This document shows positions 53,933 to 60,602 of a stretch of 60,602 bases of DNA, piece by piece. The position numbers and the translations under genes were made by a program. Source of the DNA: an uncultured Oscillospiraceae bacterium (GTDB lineage: Bacteria; Bacillota; Clostridia; Oscillospirales; Oscillospiraceae); NCBI GenBank assembly GCA_947629755.1, contig CANREY010000001.1:1-60602 (forward strand), in the 5' to 3' direction. The notes under the pieces are model-generated. The model was given only the letters and a program-made list of their open reading frames with translations, searched no databases and was not told the origin of the DNA. Every line of letters begins with the position of its first letter. Within the stretch, counting starts at the first letter, position 1.

Positions 53933-55826
53933 GTTTTCCCCGCTTATAATCGTCGGCGCCATAATCGGAGTATTCACCGTGATATTTGTGGCCGCCTATA
54001 TTGTACTTAAGAAAAAGAAGGCCGCCGTGACCTTCGACCGCAACATGCCCGACAGCGAGATAATGGCCCGTATGCTTCCCTACGCCAAGCCCTACCTTGG
54101 GAGCTTCGCGGCGGTGCTTTTCATGATGCTCGTTGCCACGGCCTACGACATACTCTCGCCCCTTTTGGTGGGCGACATCGAGCGGGTCATAAAGGACGAC
54201 TTTGAGCTCCGTGACCTCTTTATTCGTGTGGCCGTCTACGCCTCGATACTCATTATCTCCCTTATCAGCAACTATTTTCAGTCCATCGTCCTGCAAAAGA
54301 CCGGGCAGAAGATACTCTCCGCCCTCCGTCAGGACCTCTTTACCCACATCGAGAGCCTTTCCCACAATCAGCTCAACCAGATACCCGTGGGCAAGCTCGT
54401 GACCCGCGTCACAAACGACACGAACGCTATCTCCATGATGTTCACGAACATACTCGTGAACATGCTCCGCAACGTGTTCGTGATCGTGGGCGTACTGGGC
54501 GCAATGCTCCTTTTAAACTACGAGCTTACGCTCATGATACTGTGCTTCATACCGTTTCTGGTGCTCTTTACGGTCATATTCCGCACCTTCACCCGCCGCG
54601 TGTTCCGCACGGTGAAGGACAGGACCACGGACATAAACACCTACCTATCCGAGAACCTCTCCGGCATCAAGATAACCCAGATATTCAACCGGGAGCAGGT
54701 CAAGATGGAGGAGTTCCTTCAAAAGTCCGAGGGCCTCAAAAAGGCCAAGCGCCAGCAGATGTTCGTCTTCGGCATCTTCCGGCCCATGGTCTACATGCTC
54801 TACATAAGCTCCGTGCTTTGCCTTCTCTATCTGTGCGGACGGGGGTACATAAGGGAGACCAGCTTCATGGGTCAGGTCATCGAGAGCGAGACCCTTGTCA
54901 GCTTCTACATGTTTATCTCCAAGTTCTTCAACCCGATCCAGACCTTGGCCGAGCAGTTTAACCAGCTCCAGTCCGCCTTCGCCTCCGCCGAGAAGATATT
55001 CTCCATCTTCGACATGGAGCCTGAGCTCGTGGACGAGCCCGACGCCATCGAGCTTGACCACATCGAGGGGGAGATAGAGTTCAAGGACGTGTGGTTTTCC
55101 TACATACCCGGCGAGTGGGTGCTCAAGGGCGTGAGCTTTCACGTAAAGCCCAAGGAGACCGTGGCCTTCGTGGGCTCCACCGGCTCAGGCAAGACCACAA
55201 TACTGTCGCTCATATGCCGCAACTACGACATTCAAAAGGGTCAGATACTCATTGACGGCATAGACATAAAGCACATCAAGATCTCCTCTCTCCGCCGCCA
55301 CTTCGGCCAGATGCTCCAGGACGTGTTCCTCTTCTCCGGCACTATCCGCTCGAACATCGTTTTGCGTGAGGAGTCCTTCACCGACGAGGAGATTTGGCAG
55401 GCCTGCCGCTACGTCAACGCCGACAGGTTCATTGACAAGCTGGAGGGCGGCTTAGACGAGGTGGTCCGTGAGCGTGGCAACAATTTCTCCGCCGGCCAAC
55501 GACAGCTCCTGTCCTTCGCCCGCACCATACTCCACCGGCCTGAGGTCATGATCCTTGACGAGGCCACGGCCAACATCGACACGGAGACCGAGATACTTAT
55601 TCAGGACTCGCTGGAGAAGATGAAGAACATCGGCACCATGCTTATAGTTGCCCACAGGCTCTCCACCATACAGCACTCCGACAACATTATCCTTCTCAGC
55701 CACGGCGTCATAAAGGAGCAGGGCACCCACCAGGAGCTCCTTCACAAGAAGGGCCGCTACTACAAGCTCTACACACTCCAGTTCAACGAGCAGCAGCGTG
55801 CCCTCGCGGGAAATAGAGACAATTAA
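53925..55826 (+). CDS. ABC exporter, fused permease/ATPase (heterodimer subunit 2)
   Basis: 633 aa from MGEFSPLII (8-nt overlap with the previous gene). Walker A GSTGSGKTT, signature FSAGQRQLLSFARTIL and Walker B MILDEA. Confidence 0.9.
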   Translation: MGEFSPLIIVGAIIGVFTVIFVAAYIVLKKKKAAVTFDRNMPDSEIMARMLPYAKPYLGSFAAVLFMMLVATAYDILSPLLVGDIERVIKDDFELRDLFIRVAVYASILIISLISNYFQSIVLQKTGQKILSALRQDLFTHIESLSHNQLNQIPVGKLVTRVTNDTNAISMMFTNILVNMLRNVFVIVGVLGAMLLLNYELTLMILCFIPFLVLFTVIFRTFTRRVFRTVKDRTTDINTYLSENLSGIKITQIFNREQVKMEEFLQKSEGLKKAKRQQMFVFGIFRPMVYMLYISSVLCLLYLCGRGYIRETSFMGQVIESETLVSFYMFISKFFNPIQTLAEQFNQLQSAFASAEKIFSIFDMEPELVDEPDAIELDHIEGEIEFKDVWFSYIPGEWVLKGVSFHVKPKETVAFVGSTGSGKTTILSLICRNYDIQKGQILIDGIDIKHIKISSLRRHFGQMLQDVFLFSGTIRSNIVLREESFTDEEIWQACRYVNADRFIDKLEGGLDEVVRERGNNFSAGQRQLLSFARTILHRPEVMILDEATANIDTETEILIQDSLEKMKNIGTMLIVAHRLSTIQHSDNIILLSHGVIKEQGTHQELLHKKGRYYKLYTLQFNEQQRALAGNRDN

Positions 55827-55832
55827 AATTAT

Positions 55833-55857
55833 CCCCCTCCGGTAACGCCGGAGGGGG
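55833..55857. terminator. Hairpin between convergent ABC genes
   Basis: CCCCCTCCGG-TAACG-CCGGAGGGGG, with a T-rich tail on the minus strand. Confidence 0.55.
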
Positions 55858-55866
55858 AGCTTTCGT

Positions 55867-56445
55867 CTATTTAAGCTTCAGCGGGGGACCGGAGAGGCTT
55901 ATTATTTCGTCGGCCAATGAGAGGCTCTCCGCGTCGTGGGCGGAGTAGAGGATCGGGAGATTGAGCGCCCGGAGGGCAATCATTATCCCCTTCGCCGTCT
56001 CCGGGTCAACGCCGGTGAAGGGCTCGTCCAGAATGAGGAGGCTCTTATTTTCGGCGAAGGCCATGGCTCTCGCCAGCGCCACCCTCCGCCGCATACCGCC
56101 GGAGAGGGCCTCGACCTTTGTATTTGCCTCCCCGGAGAGCCCCACGGCGGCGAGGTACCTCTCCGTATCCGCTTTTCGCCTCAATACGGCCCTGAGCTGA
56201 TCGGAGGCCGTAAAGCCGGGCAGCAGCCTGTCCTCCTGAAAAAGTACGGCGGTTTCCCTTATGCCGGGGGAGACTATAACGCCGCTATTTGGCGTCTCAA
56301 GGCCGGCCACGAGCCGTAGAAGTGTGGTCTTCCCGCACCCGGAGGGGCCGGACAGGGCGGTCACTCCGGCGTCCGGGAGGGTAATCGTGAAATTATCGAG
56401 TATCACCTTGTCCCCGTAGGAGAAGCACACGTTTTCAAGCCTCAT
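55867..56445 (-). CDS. ABC importer ATP-binding protein (NitT/TauT-type, compact 192 aa)
   Basis: Walker A GPSGCGKTT, Q-loop FQEDRLL, signature LSGGMRRRV, Walker B LLILDEPF and H-loop SAHD. Confidence 0.85.
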   Translation of the reverse strand: MRLENVCFSYGDKVILDNFTITLPDAGVTALSGPSGCGKTTLLRLVAGLETPNSGVIVSPGIRETAVLFQEDRLLPGFTASDQLRAVLRRKADTERYLAAVGLSGEANTKVEALSGGMRRRVALARAMAFAENKSLLILDEPFTGVDPETAKGIMIALRALNLPILYSAHDAESLSLADEIISLSGPPLKLK

Positions 56446-57218
56446 TTTGCCCCTCCTTTCCCGCCGAGGGCCAGGCGGACGAGGGCCTCAAGTATCATCG
56501 ACAGGGCCACCACGACGATGGTCCAGGCGAAGAGCGACGGCACCTCAAGGTAGAGCTTGGAGTAGTATATCTTCGTCCCGATGGCGTGGCGTGGATATGC
56601 CAGCACCTCGGCGGCCACGCCGGACTTCCAGGCAAGGCCCACGGAGCTCAGGACGGCGCTGCGCAGATAGGGCAGGGCGGCGGGCAGGTGTATATACCTA
56701 AGGCGGCGAAGTAGGCCCATCTCGTAGCTCCCGGCCATCTCAAGCATCTCGCGGGAGGGACTTGTAAGACCGGCGGAGGTATTTTCCCACACCACGGGCA
56801 GGACCATAAGGGCGGAGATCGCCACCGGCACGGCGGAGGAGCCCACCCACAGGAGCACTAAGATTATGAAGCTTGCCACCGGCGTGGACCTCACCACCCG
56901 TATGGCGGGGGAGAGGAGGGCCGAGGCGGCGGGGGAGACGAAGGTCAGCAGGGCCAAGATGATCCCCGCCGCAACTCCCGCCACAGTGCCCGCCAGTATA
57001 CGCGTAAGCGTCATTGCGGCGGTCCGCCAAAAATCAGCCGTGGGCAAAAGCTCCAAAAGACGCCTCGCCACCGAGAGAGGCCCCGGAAGGAAAAGCTCCT
57101 GACCTATTATAAGGCTCAATAACTCCCAAAGCCCCAGCCAGAAAAGGGCCGGGGCTATAATTCGGACTATTTTGTTTATTGCGGGCCTCTCAGCCCTTTT
57201 GCCAGTAGAAGGCGTCAT
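56442..57218 (-). CDS. ABC importer permease (NitT/TauT family)
   Basis: 258 aa, six TM segments, with a BPD-transporter EAA-like region. 4-nt overlap with the ATPase gene. Confidence 0.85.
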   Translation of the reverse strand: MTPSTGKRAERPAINKIVRIIAPALFWLGLWELLSLIIGQELFLPGPLSVARRLLELLPTADFWRTAAMTLTRILAGTVAGVAAGIILALLTFVSPAASALLSPAIRVVRSTPVASFIILVLLWVGSSAVPVAISALMVLPVVWENTSAGLTSPSREMLEMAGSYEMGLLRRLRYIHLPAALPYLRSAVLSSVGLAWKSGVAAEVLAYPRHAIGTKIYYSKLYLEVPSLFAWTIVVVALSMILEALVRLALGGKGGAK

Positions 57219-58290
57219 CGGGCATCGCTCCTCCGATCGAGGCGGGATTCGCGTCGAAAAGTACCTGATAGTAGGGCTCCAGCACGGCCTTTATTTCGGA
57301 AGCGCCGGCGACGAAGGTGAGGTTGCAGTCGGGAATGGCCCTCTTGGCTATGGCGGCCTTGGGGACAATGCCGTAGCTCTCGCACAGGGTGGAGGCGCGG
57401 TCCGGGTCGGCCTTAACGGCGTTTATGGACTTCTCATACTCCTGAAGGAACCGCTCTACCGCCTCAGGGTTTTCCTCGGCAAACTGGGCCCTCACGGCCA
57501 CACAGCCCATGGTGAGCTGTCCGCCGGTCTTGAGGGCGTCCCACTCTTTTGTCATGTCGAGGGCTGAGCGGACGTCCTTATTCTGAATGAGCACCGCCGT
57601 GGCGGCGGGGACGGGGAGCATGGCAAGGTCGATCTCCCCGGCGGCCATCTTAGTCTGTATGACGGAGGCGTCGTCAAAAATGACGTTCACGTCGGCGTTC
57701 TCCACCTCATTTGCGGAGGTGCTGACGGTGAGGCCGTTTTTGGTGAGTATGTGGGCGAGCACATACTCAGGGTTCGCGCCCTGACCGGCGGAGTAGATTG
57801 TCTTGCCCTTGAGATCCGCCACCGAGTGGACCGTGTCGCCCTTTTCGAGGACGTAGAGCACGCCCAGAGTGTTTATGGCTATGACCTTCACCTGACCCTG
57901 AGTTTTGTTGTAGAGGGCGGAGGCCACGTTGGTGGCCACGGCGGCGATGTCGTAGTCGCCGTTTATGAGCCCGGCCTGGATCTGGCTGTTGTCGGCCACG
58001 GCCGAGATGACGTACCGGTCCACGGTCTCACCGGCGTCGGCCCTCTCCCAGAGGTCCACGGCTCCAACGCCCGTGGGCCCGGTGAGGACGGCGAAATTGA
58101 CGTCCACGGGCTCTACTTGAGGCTCCGTGGGGGCCGAGGTCCCGGTGGGCTCAGTCGACGCTGAGGTGTCGGGGGGATTTGTGGCCCCGGTGGTGTCGCT
58201 GGGCTCGGTGGTGTCGCCGCCGTTCCCGGCGCAGGCGGCCAGAGACAGGACGAGGGAGAGTGTCAGAAGCAAAATGAGAAGCTTTTTCAT
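57190..58290 (-). CDS. ABC importer substrate-binding lipoprotein (NMT1/THI5/SsuA-like)
   Basis: MKKLLILLLTLSLVLSLAA|C lipobox, a T/P/E-rich linker, then a periplasmic-binding fold. Substrate unknown. Confidence 0.78.
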   Translation of the reverse strand: MKKLLILLLTLSLVLSLAACAGNGGDTTEPSDTTGATNPPDTSASTEPTGTSAPTEPQVEPVDVNFAVLTGPTGVGAVDLWERADAGETVDRYVISAVADNSQIQAGLINGDYDIAAVATNVASALYNKTQGQVKVIAINTLGVLYVLEKGDTVHSVADLKGKTIYSAGQGANPEYVLAHILTKNGLTVSTSANEVENADVNVIFDDASVIQTKMAAGEIDLAMLPVPAATAVLIQNKDVRSALDMTKEWDALKTGGQLTMGCVAVRAQFAEENPEAVERFLQEYEKSINAVKADPDRASTLCESYGIVPKAAIAKRAIPDCNLTFVAGASEIKAVLEPYYQVLFDANPASIGGAMPDDAFYWQKG

Positions 58291-58367
58291 GGTTTTTCCT
58301 TTCTTTAACGGAGCCAATATTTTTAAATATGGTAAATACCCGTGAAAACGGTTATCTTCAGGTATTT

Positions 58368-59012
58368 TTATTTTAAAAGCTCCGGCTTTAACAGCTTTAC
58401 GGTCTTGCCGCTGTGGTCTATTATGCCCGCGGCTTGGAGCTTGGAAAGCTCCCTATACAGGCTGGCCCTGCCGATGCCCAGGCGGGAGGCCAGCTCCGTC
58501 ATGGACCTGACGGTCAAAAGCCCGTCGGGCCCGGCGTTTTGCAGGATATAGGAGCTTAGCTTGTCGCCCCCTGAGCCGCCGGACAGCGCGTCCACCTTGG
58601 CCGAGAGGAAGCGTATGCGCTGGGCAAGGTAGCTTATGTAATTTGCCCGGACATGCCTGTCCGCGTCAATAAGCGATTCCACGGCGGACTGGGAGAGAAA
58701 GAGGATAGTGGAGCGTACCCTCGCCGTCAGTGTGGAGACGTAGCGCTCCCCGTCCGTGAACAGCGCCGCCGCCCCGAAAAGGTCCCCGGAGTGGAGCTCG
58801 CTCACCGTGAGCGGCCCCTTTGTCACGGTGATAACGCCTGAGATTATAATGCCCAGCTCCCGGCGAAAGCGCTCCGGGGAATATATTATCTCGCCCCTTG
58901 AAAAGGCGAGGGTCGTAGTCTCGACCGTGCCCAAAAGCTCCTCCACGCGCCCCGGCTCAATGCCCTGAAAGAGGAAGGTGCGGGAGAGCAGCGAAAGTGT
59001 GTCGCTGTCCAT
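58368..59012 (-). CDS. Crp/Fnr-family transcriptional regulator
   Basis: 214 aa from MDSDTLSLL (GAAGGTGA RBS). cNMP-binding-like beta-roll (FQGIEP...GDLFGAAALF). C-terminal HTH MTELASRLGIGRASLYRELSKL. Confidence 0.8.
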   Translation of the reverse strand: MDSDTLSLLSRTFLFQGIEPGRVEELLGTVETTTLAFSRGEIIYSPERFRRELGIIISGVITVTKGPLTVSELHSGDLFGAAALFTDGERYVSTLTARVRSTILFLSQSAVESLIDADRHVRANYISYLAQRIRFLSAKVDALSGGSGGDKLSSYILQNAGPDGLLTVRSMTELASRLGIGRASLYRELSKLQAAGIIDHSGKTVKLLKPELLK

Positions 59013-59198
59013 GGATATTTCACCTTCAATCATCTTAAATGTCTCATATGAGACATTTTGCGTAATTATACCACGGTAAATGGCTGTTGTCAACAGGGGA
59101 AGATAGTGGTTTTTGTGGAATACTTTTTGTATTTAAATATTGAATAAGCGCTGGTATAATAGCTATACCCCCCAAGGGGGCAAAGGAGGCGGTATGAT

Positions 59199-59690
59199 AT
59201 GGAGATACAGGCCATAGGCGCGCGGGCCTTTTCGGTATACATAGCGGGGGAGGAGCTGGAAAAGCGCCATCTTGACCCAAAGGAGATGACGGCCTCGGAC
59301 GCAAGGCGCATCGTCAGCGGCATCGTGGAAAATGACGCCCTTGGGACGGTGAGCCTTGAGCTCTATCCCGGACGGCACGAGGTACTTATTTTTGTGCGAA
59401 GAAGCTCCGGCGAGCCGGAGTTTTTTGCCTTTACGGACCTTGAGACGCTCCTCGCGGCAATAAGCGAGTGCGGCGAGGAGCTTACGGCGTCCCTTTTTTA
59501 TTACGAGGGCAGGTACATACTGGCCGTCTGGACCATGGACAGGACAAGGCCGGAGACGCTTTTCGAGTTCGGAACGCCCCTCTACATGCCGGGGGAGTAT
59601 CTTCTGCACCTGCGTGAGCACGCACGGAGCTTATGCGACGGGGACGCGGCGGCCCGGCTCCGGGAGGCGTTTTGCGGCGGAGGGAAGTAA
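59199..59690 (+). CDS. MecA-like adaptor protein (short form)
   Basis: 163 aa with AAAGGAGG RBS. N-terminus MEIQAIGARAFSVYIAGEELEKRHL parallels the MecA MKIERI..T.KV....DL..RG pattern. SLFYYEGRYILAVW resembles the MecA C-terminal SLYKY...YYL. Confidence 0.45.
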   Translation: MEIQAIGARAFSVYIAGEELEKRHLDPKEMTASDARRIVSGIVENDALGTVSLELYPGRHEVLIFVRRSSGEPEFFAFTDLETLLAAISECGEELTASLFYYEGRYILAVWTMDRTRPETLFEFGTPLYMPGEYLLHLREHARSLCDGDAAARLREAFCGGGK

Positions 59691-59786
59691 AATTACATTT
59701 TTGCGCTAATTTGCCGTTTTCCACTTTTATTTTTTCTATTCATGTGTTATAATCACCTCACACGCGCTTTAAAGGGGGGTGACTCA

Positions 59787-60254
59787 ATGCCGAAGGCCAG
59801 GGGCGTAAAGCCCATAGCACAAAATAAGAAGGCGTACCACGACTACTTCATCGAGGAGAAGCTGGAGGCCGGCATTGAGCTCTACGGCACGGAGGTCAAG
59901 TCCGTCCGGGCGGGGGCCGTCAACCTGAAGGACGCCTTCTGCTCGGTGAAAAACGGGGAGCTTTTCGCCTACGGTATGCACATCTCCCCCTACGAGAAGG
60001 GCAACATCTTCAACCGTGACCCGCTTCGCCCGAAGCGCCTGCTTATGCACCGGCGGGAGATAAACAAGCTCCAGGCGAGAGTCCAGCAGGACGGTATGAC
60101 GCTGGTGCCCCTGTCGCTCTACCTCAAGGACTCCCTTGTGAAGGTGGAGCTGGGCGTGGCCAAGGGCAAGAAGCTCTACGACAAGCGCGAGAGCGAGGCT
60201 AAGCGGGACGCCGACCGGGAGATAGACCGGACCATGAAGGAAAAAATCCGATGA
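59787..60254 (+). CDS. smpB: SsrA-binding protein
   Basis: 155 aa. [32 protein letters not shown] and the basic C-terminal tail are canonical SmpB. Confidence 0.95.
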   Translation: MPKARGVKPIAQNKKAYHDYFIEEKLEAGIELYGTEVKSVRAGAVNLKDAFCSVKNGELFAYGMHISPYEKGNIFNRDPLRPKRLLMHRREINKLQARVQQDGMTLVPLSLYLKDSLVKVELGVAKGKKLYDKRESEAKRDADREIDRTMKEKIR

Positions 60255-60282
60255 CCATCGGTGAAAGAAAGGAAAGAATAAA

Positions 60283-60602
60283 ATGGCAAATCCCATAGCG
60301 ACCATCGAAATGGAAAACGGCAAGACCATAAAGGTGGAGCTCAGGCCCGACGTGGCCCCTGTCTCCGTGGCGAATTTTATCTCTCTGGCGAACAAGGGCT
60401 TTTATAACGGCCTTATTTTCCATCGGGTCATAAAGGACTTTATGATCCAGGGCGGCTGCCCCAAGGGCAACGGCACCGGCGGCCCCGGCTACTGCATAAA
60501 GGGCGAGTTCTCCGCCAACGGCGTAAATAACCCCATCGCCCACGAGCGCGGCGTCATATCCATGGCCCGCACCTCCATACCCGACAGCGCCGGGAGCCAG
60601 TT
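60283..60602 (+). CDS. Cyclophilin-type peptidyl-prolyl cis-trans isomerase (3' end outside window)
   Basis: Not in the ORF track because it is open-ended. Translating from ATG 60283 gives [70 protein letters not shown]..., a canonical cyclophilin. Confidence 0.9.
   Translation, partial: MANPIATIEMENGKTIKVELRPDVAPVSVANFISLANKGFYNGLIFHRVIKDFMIQGGCPKGNGTGGPGYCIKGEFSANGVNNPIAHERGVISMARTSIPDSAGSQ

Noticed and set aside
58291-58367. TPP riboswitch upstream of the NMT1/THI5-like ABC importer operon.
   Set aside because: The upstream gap to the Crp/Fnr gene is only 77 nt and AT-rich, with no CTGAGA/ACCTGA-type THI-box elements.

Overview
GC-rich, Clostridia-type chromosomal segment. It probably comes from a spore-forming Oscillospiraceae/Ruminococcaceae-like organism, because a BofA homologue is present; the taxonomy is inference only. 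All protein calls rest on motifs read by eye from the supplied ORF track, with no database search. Start codons were re-picked by ORF arithmetic plus visible RBS.

The window is mostly housekeeping:
- Type IIA topoisomerase A subunit, a D-Ala-D-Ala carboxypeptidase, bofA, folC, pyrG and glmS.
- A purB-purA-purC-purF block, an aminotransferase, trpS and a WecA/TagO-like transferase.
- RNase J plus a second beta-CASP RNase.
- yqeG, Xaa-Pro peptidase, efp and an ABC-F ATPase.
- A CarD-like regulator, an aldo/keto reductase with a flavoprotein, and tcdA.
- fRMsr and a Nudix fusion protein, a GH5 cellulase, an ABC exporter pair and an ABC importer.
- Crp/Fnr, a MecA-like adaptor, smpB, a cyclophilin, and two convergent tRNA-Gly genes.

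I found no CRISPR array, transposase, integrase, prophage or recognisable defence system.

Signals not explained by ordinary annotation:
1. Five copies of a roughly 220-bp non-coding element built from four consecutive hairpins. All sit at terminator sites. Three are flanked by duplicated copies of the local terminator hairpin, and the copies differ by compensatory stem changes.
2. A second, G-rich repeat family at three to four intergenic loci.
3. A 540-bp AT-rich region upstream of RNase J with a near-consensus promoter and two long hairpins. The second hairpin has 6S-RNA-like architecture.
4. Several tight clusters of uncharacterised genes: an MBOAT/DHHW pair flanked by two pairs of paralogous lipoproteins, a zinc-ribbon/membrane trio, and a three-gene small-protein operon.
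5. Apparent pseudo-enzymes and domain fusions.
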